Shown: one piece after another, positions 50,972 to 60,868 of the stretch | Layout: each line of letters begins with the position of its first letter | How positions within the stretch are numbered: the first letter of the stretch is position 1 | Source of the DNA: an uncultured bacterium | Lineage (GTDB): Bacteria > Planctomycetota > UBA1135 > GCA-002686595 | Length of the DNA: 64,000 nt | Assembly: GCA_943787795.1 (NCBI GenBank) | Contig: CALSNU010000001.1 | Coordinates: forward strand, 1,152,001-1,216,000 | Direction of reading: 5' to 3' | The notes under the pieces: model-generated | Told to the model about the DNA's origin: nothing | What the model saw: only the letters and a program-made list of their open reading frames with translations | Database searches by the model: none | Program-made: the position numbers and the translations under genes

Positions 50972-51796
50972 GTGGGAACGGTTCGCATCCAGGAGGAGAT
51001 GAAACGGGACGCTCTAGGCGCCGTTCACCGGGTCGTCCTGGAGCGCATGGACGAGCCGCAGCGGGAGTTCGTGATGCGCTCCATCGACGGGTGGGCGGTC
51101 CTGCGTCCCTTCGCGCGCCTGCTCGCCCGGCGGGAGCAGCGCGCCATGGCCGCCTGCCGAGGGGGAGGCCTGTCACGCTTTGAGCCCCCTGCTGCCCTGC
51201 GGGAGGAGGAGCGCGTGGCCCTCGGCAAGACGCCCGGCGTCCGAGCCCGGGAGATCTTCGCGCGTCCCTTCTTCCCCGGCGCACCGCTCCACCGCGCCGA
51301 GCGCTTGCCCCTGGACTTCTTTGACCTCCTCGAGGCCGCTGTGCGTGACCTGCACGCCGTCGGGGTCTGTCACAATGATCTCCACAAGGAGCAGAACGTC
51401 GTCGTCGACCGTGCCGGCCGGCCGCAGCTGATCGACTTCCAGCTCGCGAGCGTGCACCCCGGAGGCCTGGGCAAGCGCTTCGCGTCCCGCTGCCGGGACG
51501 ATCTGCGGCACGTGCAGAAGCTCCGGCGTCGCTACACCATGAACGGCCGCGGGCCCGCGGAGATCGCCGTCCCCGAGGCGTCGCGCATGCGCCGGCGCGG
51601 GCTGGCGCTGGTGTGGCGCCGGACCGGAAAGCCGGCCTACCTCTTCCTCACGCGAGGTCTCATGGGGACCAAGGATGGCGAGGATCGGCGTCCGTTCGAG
51701 GGCCCCTGGCCGCAGTGGGATGCGCCGGTCGGACCCGCGCCCGCGGGGACGCTTGGGGCGGCCCGTTCGGGCGGCGCTGATCCCCACGGGGGCTGA
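50972..51796 (+). CDS. RIO1/Kdo-kinase-like protein kinase-fold enzyme
   Basis: HNDLHKEQN catalytic loop, IDFQLA, REQRA; GTG start supported by TAGGTT 7 nt upstream. Confidence 0.75.
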   Translation: MGTVRIQEEMKRDALGAVHRVVLERMDEPQREFVMRSIDGWAVLRPFARLLARREQRAMAACRGGGLSRFEPPAALREEERVALGKTPGVRAREIFARPFFPGAPLHRAERLPLDFFDLLEAAVRDLHAVGVCHNDLHKEQNVVVDRAGRPQLIDFQLASVHPGGLGKRFASRCRDDLRHVQKLRRRYTMNGRGPAEIAVPEASRMRRRGLALVWRRTGKPAYLFLTRGLMGTKDGEDRRPFEGPWPQWDAPVGPAPAGTLGAARSGGADPHGG

Positions 51797-51807
51797 GCCC
51801 AGCGCCG

Positions 51808-52386
51808 TCAGCGGCTGCAGCAATCGAGGAAGTTCCTGAAGACGGTCAAGCCGCCGTCGATGCTCAGGATGGACTCGGGGTGCCCCTGGAGGCCGAAGAG
51901 TGGCCGGGAGGCATGGCGCAGGCCCGCGATGTCGCCGTCCTCGGTTCGTGCGGTGATGACGAGGTCGGTCGGGAGGGCAGCCTCGTCCACCACGAGGGAG
52001 TTGTAGCGGGCCATCGGGAAGGGGCTGGGGAGTCCCGTCAGCAGGCCCTCGCCGTCATGGTGGATCGGGCGCACGGCTCCGTGGACGAGCTCGGAGGCGG
52101 GGCGGATGTTGGCGCCCAGGGCGCTCCCGAGAGCCTGGTGACCCAGGCAGATCCCCAGGATTGGAGGCGCCCCGGGTCGCGCGACCGCCATCCGGAAGAC
52201 CTCCTCGCTGCAGCCTGCCGCGCTCGGCTCACCGGGCCCGGGGCCCACGAGGACCCCTTCGGCGCCCATGACCTCCTCGGCGCGGGCGCTGCGTCCGTCG
52301 ATGACGGCCACCTCGGCGCCCAGCCGCTGGAGGGCCTGAACGAGGTTGAAGGTGAACGAATCGCGATTGTCGACGAGGGCGATCAC
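51808..52386 (-). CDS. Anthranilate/aminodeoxychorismate synthase component II (TrpG/PabA)
   Basis: DNRDSFTFNL, GPGPG, GICLGHQ, RYNSL, QGHPES. Confidence 0.93.
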   Translation of the reverse strand: MIALVDNRDSFTFNLVQALQRLGAEVAVIDGRSARAEEVMGAEGVLVGPGPGEPSAAGCSEEVFRMAVARPGAPPILGICLGHQALGSALGANIRPASELVHGAVRPIHHDGEGLLTGLPSPFPMARYNSLVVDEAALPTDLVITARTEDGDIAGLRHASRPLFGLQGHPESILSIDGGLTVFRNFLDCCSR

Positions 52387-52431
52387 CGTCCTGTTGTACC
52401 CCGCGGCGGCCAGGGTCTATCGTTCCGCACG

Positions 52432-53772
52432 ATGAACATCGTGATCATTGGCGCAGGCGAGGTCGGCCAGCACCTCGCCGGGGTCCTCAGCCGTGAGGAG
52501 CACTCGGTGACCGTGGTGGATCCGGATCCTTCGAAGTCACGCAAGCTGACCGAGTCCCTGGACGTGCAGTCGATCGTCGGGGACGGGACGCGTGCGGACA
52601 CGCTCACCGACGCCGGAGCGTCCTCGGCGGACCTCGTCATCGCGGTGTCCGACGACGACCGCGTCAACATGCTCACGAGCGTGATCGCCAAGAAGCTCGG
52701 CGCGAGCCGGGTCATCATCCGGCTGAAGGACACGCGTGTGCTGGCGGACTACCGCTACTTCTACAAGGACGCCCTCGGCTTCGACGTCGTGCTCTCCACC
52801 GAGGAGCTCGTCGCAGAGGAGCTCCTCGGCCTCGTCCGTGAGCGGCACGCGCTGGAGGTCCAGAGCTTCGCTAACGGCCAGGTCCAGCTTCGGCGCCTGC
52901 GGCTCAAGGAGGACTCGCAGCTCACCAGTCGGCCGCTCGAGGAGCTGAAGATCCCCGCGGGGGTCCTGGTGACGGCGGTCTCCAGGGGCGGCAAGCTGAC
53001 GGTCCCCTCCGGCAGCGACGAGCTCCTCGGCAAGGACCAGGTCTACGTCCTTGGGTCCTCGAAGGACCTCGATCAGTTCGAGCGGCTCGCCGGGGAGAAG
53101 GTCGAGTGGAAGCGGTCGGTGGTGATCATGGGCGCCGGCGGCATCGGCCGGGAGATCGCCCTGCGGCTCTCCGGGGAGCCGGGGATCAGCGTGCTGGTGC
53201 TCGAGCAGGACCCCGCGCGGGCGAGGGCGCTGGACCTCGAGCGCTCGGGGGACCTGACCGTGATGGTGGGCGACGCGACGGACATGATGCTCTTCCGTGA
53301 GGAGCGCCTCGCCGACGCCAGCGTCTTCGTCGCGACCACTCACGACGACGAGGACAACATCGTCGCCTGCCAGCTGGCCAAGTCATTCGGCGTGGAGCGC
53401 ACGGTCGCGCTGGTGGAGAAGTCCTCCTACGCCGAGATCTTCGACCTCCTCGAGGGCGTGGACCAGGCCATCAGCCCGCGCATGATGTGCGCCAAGGCCA
53501 TCACCCGCCTCGCCAGAGCGGGCTCGCCGCGGGCCATCGCGGCGATCGGGAACGGCCAGGCGGAGATCATCGAGCTCGAGGTCGGGCTGAAGGAACCCGT
53601 CAAGCTCAGGAAGCTGGGCCTCCCCAGGGGCGTCGTGCTCGGGGCGCTGGTCCGCGACAACGCCGTGACCATCCCCGGCGGAGACACCGTCGTTCGCAAG
53701 GGGGACACCGCGGTCGTGTTCGCCATGCGGGAGTCCCTCGAGGAGGCCGAGCGAGCGCTCGGGGCCCTCTGA
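52432..53772 (+). CDS. trkA: Trk potassium uptake NAD-binding subunit
   Basis: Two RCK_N domains (GAGEVG, GAGGIG), each followed by an RCK_C domain. Confidence 0.95.
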   Translation: MNIVIIGAGEVGQHLAGVLSREEHSVTVVDPDPSKSRKLTESLDVQSIVGDGTRADTLTDAGASSADLVIAVSDDDRVNMLTSVIAKKLGASRVIIRLKDTRVLADYRYFYKDALGFDVVLSTEELVAEELLGLVRERHALEVQSFANGQVQLRRLRLKEDSQLTSRPLEELKIPAGVLVTAVSRGGKLTVPSGSDELLGKDQVYVLGSSKDLDQFERLAGEKVEWKRSVVIMGAGGIGREIALRLSGEPGISVLVLEQDPARARALDLERSGDLTVMVGDATDMMLFREERLADASVFVATTHDDEDNIVACQLAKSFGVERTVALVEKSSYAEIFDLLEGVDQAISPRMMCAKAITRLARAGSPRAIAAIGNGQAEIIELEVGLKEPVKLRKLGLPRGVVLGALVRDNAVTIPGGDTVVRKGDTAVVFAMRESLEEAERALGAL

Positions 53773-53830
53773 CCGTGGTGGCGCCCCGGACCATCCCCCC
53801 GCGGCCGCGGACCTCAGCAGGAGGCTGCCA

Positions 53831-55342
53831 GTGAACTTCCGCGCGGTCGCGCAGATGCTCGGCGTCGTCCTGCTGCTGATGGCGGGGTTCCTGGCGGTGC
53901 CCGCCGCGGTCGGCCTCGGGATGGGGGAGCGTGGCCCCGCCGCGAGCTGCGGGCTCGCGGCGTTCGTCACGGCGCTGGTGGGGGCGCTGGTGACCTTTGT
54001 CTTCCGGGGCGCGACCCGCGACACCCGCAAGCGCCCGGACTACTTTCGCCGAGAGGGGCTCGCCACGGTCGGGCTGGCGTGGCTCGTGGGGGGCGTCGCT
54101 GGCGCCCTGCCGTTCCTCTTCGAGGGGACGATCACCTCCCCGGTCGACGCCTTCTTCGAGTCAGTCTCGGGCCTGACGACCACGGGCTCGACGGTGATGA
54201 CGGCGGAGCAGATCGACTCCATGCCCGCGGCCATCGCCTTCTGGCGGAGCTTCAGCCAGTGGCTCGGGGGCTTCGGCATCGTCATGGTCTTCGTGGTGAT
54301 CTTCCCCACCGGGGGCCGCAGCCTCTTCCGCTCGGAGGTGCCCGGCATCTCACGCGAGGCCGGGCACCAACGCGTGCGAGACGCCGCCTTGATGCTGATG
54401 AAGATCTACCTGGTCCTCAGCGTCACGCTGCTCGCCGCGCTGATGCTGGTCGGGCTCCCGGTCTTCGACGCGGTGATCCACACGTTCACGACGGTGGCCA
54501 ACGGTGGGTTCTCCAACCACTCGGAGAGCATCGCCTACTTCGACTCCGCGTTGGTGGAGGGGGTGCTGGTGGTGTTCATGCTCCTCTCCGCCCTCAACTT
54601 CGCGATCTACGACACGCTGATCCGGGTGGGGCCGCGCCCAGCCTGGCGCAAGCTGGTGGGCAGCCTCGAGGTGCGGCTCTTCTTCGGCATCGTGGTGGGG
54701 GCCTCGTTGGTCATCGCGGCGGTGCTCTGGTTCGCTGGCGGAGGGGCCGCTGCCGGAGGGGGGGATGCCCAGAGCGTCCCAGGGCCGCTGGCCGCGCTTC
54801 GGCTCAGCGTCTTCCACGTGGTCTGCCAGATCACCACGGCGGGCTACGCCACGGCCGACTTCAACGCCTGGCCCCAGTTCTGCCGCATCGCGCTGATGCT
54901 CCTGGCGTTCTGCGGGGCCTGCGCCGGGTCCACCAGCGGCGGACTGAAGCTGGTGCGGCTGGCGATCGTGCTCAAGGCCGCGCTGGTCGCTGTGCGTCGC
55001 TTCGCGCGACCGCGGGTGATCCACCGGATCCGGATCGACGGTCAGGCGCTGGACGAGTCGGTCGTGGCGTCCGTCACGGGCTACCTCGTGCTGTGGCTCA
55101 TGGTCTTCGTGGCGGCAACGACGCTGCTCGGCGCCTACGGCATTGACCTCGAGACCAGCGCAACCGCCGTCCTCGTGACGCTCAACAACGTGGGGCCGGG
55201 CCTCGGAGGAGTCGGGCCAGCCATGAACTTCGGGGACCTTCCTGGAGCGGCGAAGTTCGCCCTCTCGATCTGCATGGTCCTCGGCCGGCTCGAGTTCTAT
55301 GCGCTCGTGGCGCTGTTGATGCCGACGTTCTGGCGGCGTTGA
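53831..55342 (+). CDS. trkH: Trk potassium uptake membrane subunit
   Basis: FFESVSGLTTTG, QWLGGFG, NGGFS, TTAGY, GSTSGGLK, NNVGPG, GRLE. Confidence 0.95.
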   Translation: MNFRAVAQMLGVVLLLMAGFLAVPAAVGLGMGERGPAASCGLAAFVTALVGALVTFVFRGATRDTRKRPDYFRREGLATVGLAWLVGGVAGALPFLFEGTITSPVDAFFESVSGLTTTGSTVMTAEQIDSMPAAIAFWRSFSQWLGGFGIVMVFVVIFPTGGRSLFRSEVPGISREAGHQRVRDAALMLMKIYLVLSVTLLAALMLVGLPVFDAVIHTFTTVANGGFSNHSESIAYFDSALVEGVLVVFMLLSALNFAIYDTLIRVGPRPAWRKLVGSLEVRLFFGIVVGASLVIAAVLWFAGGGAAAGGGDAQSVPGPLAALRLSVFHVVCQITTAGYATADFNAWPQFCRIALMLLAFCGACAGSTSGGLKLVRLAIVLKAALVAVRRFARPRVIHRIRIDGQALDESVVASVTGYLVLWLMVFVAATTLLGAYGIDLETSATAVLVTLNNVGPGLGGVGPAMNFGDLPGAAKFALSICMVLGRLEFYALVALLMPTFWRR

Positions 55343-55352
55343 CAGCGCTCCC

Positions 55353-55442
55353 GCTGCACGACGGGTTCCAGCTGCACGACGGGTTCCAGCAACTCGATGG
55401 GCTCAAATCGAACGACCGGCTCAAACCGCACGACCGGTTCCG
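55353..55442. repeat. 18-bp tandem repeat, 5 copies (GCTGCACGACGGGTTCCA)
   Basis: Two exact copies then three diverged ones, just after the trkH stop. Confidence 0.8.
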
Positions 55443-55641
55443 GTGGCGCTGAAGGGGACCCGCCCAGGGGGCCTCGGCCTGGGAGCTCTGGGCCTGCTCC
55501 GGACGGAGATTCCCTGGCTCCAGGGGCCGTCGGTAGAGTCCTCGAGCGGACCCTGATGGCGCGGCCGAGGCGGCTGAATGAAGAGGGCCGACCCTGCGGT
55601 CGGCCCCCGGTGGATTCAGTTCGACGAGCTGGCGGCTCGGC

Positions 55642-56322
55642 TCAGAGGAGGTCCTCGCGGTACACGAACGGCCGGCGACGGAGCTTGTCCTTGCGGTGCG
55701 CTGCGAGGCGCCAGAGGGTGTTGGCGCCGACGACCGCGAGGTACTGGTGGCTCTGGCCATCGCGCTGAATCGAGACCTTGCCAGAGACGAGGCCCACGAG
55801 GTCCTTCGTGAACTCCCCGGTCTGGCGGTAGACGCCCGCGCCGGTCTGGTCGACGCTGTCGAGGAAGCCCTCGGGAATCTCCACCAGGACGCCTTCGACG
55901 CCCTCCACGATGCGGCAGCTGGTCATGGCGGACCAGCGGTCCCAACCGCGGCGGCCCATGATCTCGAGCGCCTCGCCCTCCGTGGGGAGATCGAATGTGA
56001 TCGGAACGTGCGGCAGCCGAATCTCCATGTCCGCGGTGTAGAGCCCACCGCCGACCGGCTCGATGACCGACTGCTCCATGGAGGGGCCGTCGCCGAAGAA
56101 CGCCTCGACGATGACGGGGCCGCGGTCCGTGGTCTTGCCCAGGAAGACCACGCCGAACTCCGTGGACACTCCGAGCTCCATCCCGCGGTCGGTCATGATG
56201 CCGACGACCGGGTCGGTCAGCTTGCGGGTGCCCGTGCACGCCGTCAGCGAGAGGGCCAGCGCGATGGCGGCCACGCCGCGCAGGGAGCGCCTGGGGGCCA
56301 GTTGGAGGGGGGATTTACTCAT
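55642..56322 (-). CDS. Hypothetical lipoprotein
   Basis: IALALSLTA-C lipobox; beta-rich body. Confidence 0.75.
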   Translation of the reverse strand: MSKSPLQLAPRRSLRGVAAIALALSLTACTGTRKLTDPVVGIMTDRGMELGVSTEFGVVFLGKTTDRGPVIVEAFFGDGPSMEQSVIEPVGGGLYTADMEIRLPHVPITFDLPTEGEALEIMGRRGWDRWSAMTSCRIVEGVEGVLVEIPEGFLDSVDQTGAGVYRQTGEFTKDLVGLVSGKVSIQRDGQSHQYLAVVGANTLWRLAAHRKDKLRRRPFVYREDLL

Positions 56323-56498
56323 GGCTTGTCAACCCGAGGAGGATGAGGGACGACCCGCCGTCCCGCTACGATTATCGTCGGGACCGTGCCTGGACTCGAC
56401 AGGTCCTCGGATTTGATCCGAATCCGGACCCCCTTCGCCGTCCCAGGGGACTCCTGGTCGCCGTTCACCCTCCAGAAAACGACCCACGCGAGCAGAAC

Positions 56499-59477
56499 AT
56501 GACCCACGCGAGCAAAGCTGGACCCAGGCTCCTCCTCGGAGTTGTCGCTTTGCTTTGCCTCGGTGTGCTCCTCTGGTTGGCCCCCTGGGAGTCGGCGAGA
56601 CCCGAGGGGGGGCTCGAGGTGCTCCAGAGGTCCGACGCCTTCGCGATCGGCGCCCCGGGCCAGGACCAGGCCCTGCCCGGGATCGGTCAAGCGAAGGGGA
56701 GGCGCCCCGACCAGGTCTCCGCGGAGGCCCTCGCCGCCGCTGAGGCGGAGGCGGCGCGCGCTGAAGCCAATGGGCCCGCGGCCCAGCTCATCGGACGGGT
56801 GGTGGGGCCGGCCGGGGAGCCGCTGGCAGCGGCCAGGGTCCTCGCGACCACAGGGCGATCCGCGGGTTCCTCCCTGGGGATGGAGCTCGAGGACCGGGAG
56901 CTCCGGAGCGTCTGTTCTGCAGAGAGCGGCGACGATGGGGAGTTCCGGATCGGCGTCGCGGAGGGCGTCCCCGAACTTGAAGAAGGGAGGACCGTCTCGG
57001 CCTTGATCCGGGCGTCGGGCTGGGTGGTTCAGAGCCGCCGCCTAGGCCGCTTCCCGGGGCGGCTGCCGATGGTGATCGACCCGATTGTCATGGAGCCCGG
57101 CGCGGCGATCTCCGGTCGGGTCATCGGTCCCGACGGTCTCGCTGCCGAGGGCGCCACGGTCTACTTCGGGCAGTCCGCAACGGTCGGAGGCCTGCGCGTG
57201 AGCGCCCCGAGCCGAGGGTATCCGCTGGGGACGACGGGCAGCGACGGCGCCTTCCGCTGCGACGAGCTGGCGCCAGGTGCCTTCCACCTCGTCGTGGAGA
57301 AGCCGGGTCATCCCGTGGCGTTCTTCGAGGGGGAGGCGACCCTCGGGCGAGAGCTCGAAGGGGTGACGGTGCGGTTGGATCGAGGAGTCTCCATCACGGG
57401 CTCGGTGAAGGGCGCCGGGACGCGCGCCTCCTCTCTCTGGATCTCGGTCTGGCCGGCGGGGGACGATGCTCCGGCGGTGGACCGTCGCCCGCGGGGCGTG
57501 GCCCCCGCCAGCGACGGGGCGTTCGAGTTGACCGGGCTGCGTCCCGGCGGAGAGTACGTGCTCACCCTGCACTCGAGCCGCGGGGCTCGGCGGCGCAGGG
57601 GGCGGGACGGGGAGCGCGTCGTGGCCGTGAGCGGCGCTCGTGGGGTTCAACTCGTGTGGACGCCGCGGTCGAGCGTTGGGGGGCGGGTCGTGGGGTTGAC
57701 GGACGGCGCTGGCGCGCCGGCTCCTCTGGAGCAGTTCGTGCTCTGGCACACCTTCAAGACCCCGAAGGACGACCTCTTCTCCGGCGAGGCGCTCGAAGTG
57801 GACGGCGAGGTCGTCGCGGTGCACCCAGATGGCCGCTTCTTGATCGAGGGCCTGCGCTTGGATCCTGGCTCGACCGGGCAAATGGCCCTCCGGATCCGGG
57901 CGCCGGGCTTCGAGCAGCTCGTTCGCCTCGGAGTGGCGGTGCCCCACGCGGCGGACGTCGACCTCGGGGAGATCGCCTTGGCGCCAGCCCCGGGGCTCAG
58001 GGTCCGGGTCGTGGAAGCTGGCAGCGAGCGTCCGCTGGACGGGGCGAGGGTCTTCCTGGCCGCTCAAGCGGAGCGGAAGAGCCTGGGCCGCTGGCGCCTC
58101 CGTGACACGCCTGCCCACGGCAGTACCAAGACTCGCTACGCGGAGACGGACGCGACGGGCTACGCGCTCCTCCAGCTCCCGAAGAAGCGACCCTGGATCG
58201 TCTTCGCTAACGCCGACGGCTTCCCTGTCGGGGAGTTTCGCACGGTCGCGGGCGAGGAGGAGGTCGTGGTGCTCGAGCTCGTTCGTGGATCGAGTCTGGC
58301 CGCCGAGGTGGTGGACCTCGCGGGCAATCCGCTGAAGGGAGTCGAGGTCTCCATGCGCGTCAGCGGGGAGGAGGGCGGGAGCATCTGGCTCCCACGCCGT
58401 GTGGTCCGGACCGATGCCGCCGGGGTTGCGCTCTTCGAGCACATCGAGGCCGGCGTCGCGACGGTGAGGGCCGAGCCGCCGCGCATGCGGCCCCGCCAGC
58501 CGAAGGCCTGGCAGGAGGCGGTCGAGCGGGTGGAGGTCTCCGAAGGGGAGGAGTTGGCGGTCCGGCTGGTGATGCCCCTTTCCGCCGAGCTCAGGGGAAG
58601 GGTCCGCCTCGGAGGCGCGCCGCTCCCCGACGCTCGGCTACGCCTCGCCGTCGACGAGGGCGGTCAAATCCTGCGTCCGGATACCACCTCGGACACGCTC
58701 CGGGCGATCACGAACGAGGACGGAGAGTTCGCGTTGCAGGGGGTCCCGACCGGGACGTACGCCGTGACGGTCAGCCACCGGTCACTGGCGATGGCGTCGG
58801 TCTTCACCTACGAGGTCCGACCCGAGCCGAGCGAGCTGGTGGTCGACCTGGTGGAGACGCGCGTGTCCGGGCGGGTGGTCCTCGAGGGGACCGGCGAGCC
58901 TGCGCGGGGCGTCCAGGTGAGGGTGGCGGGTCCAACCCAGCTCCATCGCGCCTGGATCGGCCAGCGCGCGCTGCGGGAGGACTGGTGGGGTGGAATGGAC
59001 TCCAGCGATCGCTGGCTGGAGCCAGGCAAGCTGACCACCGGTGAGGACGGGACCTTCGAGTTCGCAGGGATCACCCCGGGGGTGCCTGTCTCGCTGGAGC
59101 TCTCCGGTGAGCTGATCCGCGCCAAGACCGAATCGCTCGGCGTCTTCGACGAGGGCACGGTGCGAGAGGAGGTCATCCTTGAGGTCGAGGCCGGGGCGAG
59201 CCTGCGGGTCGTCGCGGAGAACTCGGCCCGTCGAAGAGGGGGGCGTTCGGGGCGATCTCGGGCCTACGGAATTCGTCTCCGTGCGCTTGATCAGCGAATG
59301 CGAGACAAGGTGGTGAAGTCGTTCAGGGGCTCCTCGCACCGTTTCATTTCCCTGCGGCCGGGCCGCTACAGCGTCGAGACGATCGATCTTGGGGCCGAGG
59401 GGGCTCCCGCGATCGAGGCTCGAGAGGTCACGCTGGTCGGCGGAGAGCGGGCCGAGGTCACGATGCCGGGTCTGTGA
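56499..59477 (+). CDS. Membrane-anchored protein with tandem carboxypeptidase-regulatory-like (prealbumin-fold) domains
   Basis: N-terminal TM; repeated G.V....G.P...A.V ... T..DG.F....L.PG.Y units. Confidence 0.8.
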   Translation: MTHASKAGPRLLLGVVALLCLGVLLWLAPWESARPEGGLEVLQRSDAFAIGAPGQDQALPGIGQAKGRRPDQVSAEALAAAEAEAARAEANGPAAQLIGRVVGPAGEPLAAARVLATTGRSAGSSLGMELEDRELRSVCSAESGDDGEFRIGVAEGVPELEEGRTVSALIRASGWVVQSRRLGRFPGRLPMVIDPIVMEPGAAISGRVIGPDGLAAEGATVYFGQSATVGGLRVSAPSRGYPLGTTGSDGAFRCDELAPGAFHLVVEKPGHPVAFFEGEATLGRELEGVTVRLDRGVSITGSVKGAGTRASSLWISVWPAGDDAPAVDRRPRGVAPASDGAFELTGLRPGGEYVLTLHSSRGARRRRGRDGERVVAVSGARGVQLVWTPRSSVGGRVVGLTDGAGAPAPLEQFVLWHTFKTPKDDLFSGEALEVDGEVVAVHPDGRFLIEGLRLDPGSTGQMALRIRAPGFEQLVRLGVAVPHAADVDLGEIALAPAPGLRVRVVEAGSERPLDGARVFLAAQAERKSLGRWRLRDTPAHGSTKTRYAETDATGYALLQLPKKRPWIVFANADGFPVGEFRTVAGEEEVVVLELVRGSSLAAEVVDLAGNPLKGVEVSMRVSGEEGGSIWLPRRVVRTDAAGVALFEHIEAGVATVRAEPPRMRPRQPKAWQEAVERVEVSEGEELAVRLVMPLSAELRGRVRLGGAPLPDARLRLAVDEGGQILRPDTTSDTLRAITNEDGEFALQGVPTGTYAVTVSHRSLAMASVFTYEVRPEPSELVVDLVETRVSGRVVLEGTGEPARGVQVRVAGPTQLHRAWIGQRALREDWWGGMDSSDRWLEPGKLTTGEDGTFEFAGITPGVPVSLELSGELIRAKTESLGVFDEGTVREEVILEVEAGASLRVVAENSARRRGGRSGRSRAYGIRLRALDQRMRDKVVKSFRGSSHRFISLRPGRYSVETIDLGAEGAPAIEAREVTLVGGERAEVTMPGL

Positions 59478-59513
59478 TCGAGCCGGCGGTCAGCAGGAGC
59501 TAGGATCTGCCCC

Positions 59514-60353
59514 ATGACGCGCGAGTACGACGCCCTGCTCCTGGACCTCGACGGGACCCTGCTGACCCCAGACGAGACGATTCACCCCCGGACGCGAGAG
59601 GCGATCCTCGAGGCCGAGCGCCAGGGGGTCGAGGTCATGGTGGTGACCGGCCGCTCCAAGATCTCGGCCATGCCCATTGTCACGGACCTGGGACTCGACG
59701 CTCCGACGGTGCTCTTCAACGGGTGCGCTGTCTGGTGTCACAAGGGGGAGCGCATGCTCGAGGAGCGGACCATCGCGACCCGGACGCTCCAGCGCCTGCA
59801 CCGCTGGGCTGCCGAGCGCGAAGCCCAGGTCCTCGTCATGACCGCCGACGAGAAGCTCGCCCTGGCGCCGCGGAGCGACGAGGAGGCCCGCAACTTCGAG
59901 GGCTTCATCGGGGTGCAGTTTGTGGACCGCCCAGGGCTGATCCGGGACTACACCATCCGGCTCAGCTTCCTGATGAAGTGCGGGGACGTCGGCTCGGCGA
60001 CCGTGGCCGCGGAGCTCGAGGAGGCGGCCGGGGCGCCGATCTACATCTCGCACTTCCCGCTCTCCATCCTGCCGCGCCACCACACCAACCCCTACAGCGC
60101 GATCGACGTCCACGCGCCGTGCCAGGGAAAGGCCGAGGCGATCCGCCTGCTCCAGGAGACCAAGGGGATTCCTGCGTCGCGGGTCATCGCGATCGGTGAC
60201 GCGGACAATGACGTTCCCATGCTCCGGCGCGCCGGCCTTGGCGTCGCGATGGGGAACGCGTTCCCCGAGGTCCAGGCCGAAGCGAACCTCGTCCTCGCCC
60301 ATCATCGGACGGACACCATCGGTGCGCTCGTCGAGGAGAAGCTCCTGCGCTGA
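59514..60353 (+). CDS. Cof-type HAD-IIB hydrolase
   Basis: DLDGTLL, VTGR, NG, K..A, GDADND..ML..AG.GVAMGNA. Confidence 0.95.
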   Translation: MTREYDALLLDLDGTLLTPDETIHPRTREAILEAERQGVEVMVVTGRSKISAMPIVTDLGLDAPTVLFNGCAVWCHKGERMLEERTIATRTLQRLHRWAAEREAQVLVMTADEKLALAPRSDEEARNFEGFIGVQFVDRPGLIRDYTIRLSFLMKCGDVGSATVAAELEEAAGAPIYISHFPLSILPRHHTNPYSAIDVHAPCQGKAEAIRLLQETKGIPASRVIAIGDADNDVPMLRRAGLGVAMGNAFPEVQAEANLVLAHHRTDTIGALVEEKLLR

Positions 60354-60390
60354 GGCGCTCCCCCTGGCTCCAAGGTGACCCCGGCGGATG

Positions 60391-60450
60391 CCCTGCTTCA
60401 GGGAACCCGGCTTCGATGAATCCGGCTTCGATGAATCCGGCTTCGAGGGG
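60391..60450. repeat. 15-bp tandem repeat, 4 copies (YCCGGCTTCGATGAA)
   Basis: Visible directly between convergent genes. Confidence 0.75.
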
Positions 60451-60547
60451 TGCGGTGGAGCCCTCCCCTGCGGTCAGGCCGCACGACAGGCGGCAGAGGG
60501 TCCTCCGCCTGCGCGACTCTGGAGCCCGGCCCCTTCCAGGACGAGCC

Positions 60548-60868
60548 TCAGTCCCCTGAGGGCTTGCTCTTCCTCTTCGAGGAGGACCCGCTCTTCGAGG
60601 ACGAGTCGCTCTTCGGGGACGAGCCGCCGGACTCGGAGCTCTTCTTCTCCGCGGTATCGGCCTTCTTCGCGTCGTCGTAGCTCTTCGAGCGATAGTCCGT
60701 GACGTAGTACCCGGAGCCCTTGAAGACGAAGCCCGCTCCGGAGCCGATCAGGCGCTCAAGCTTCAGCTTCCCGCACTCCGGGCACTTGCGCATGACGCGA
60801 TCGCTCATCATCTGGAACTCCTCGAACGTATGTCCGCAGGCGTTGCAGCGATAGTCGTACGTCGGCAT
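60548..60868 (-). CDS. FmdB family zinc-ribbon protein
   Basis: MPTYDYRCNACG..FE, CPECG, FKGSGYYVTDY; Ser/Lys-rich tail. Confidence 0.95.
   Translation of the reverse strand: MPTYDYRCNACGHTFEEFQMMSDRVMRKCPECGKLKLERLIGSGAGFVFKGSGYYVTDYRSKSYDDAKKADTAEKKSSESGGSSPKSDSSSKSGSSSKRKSKPSGD

Noticed and set aside
50045..52431. N-terminal extensions of track ORFs 50045..51796 and 51880..53772
   Set aside because: The extensions overlap the ABC ATPase and TrpG/PabA genes on the opposite strand; the real starts are near 50972 and 52432.
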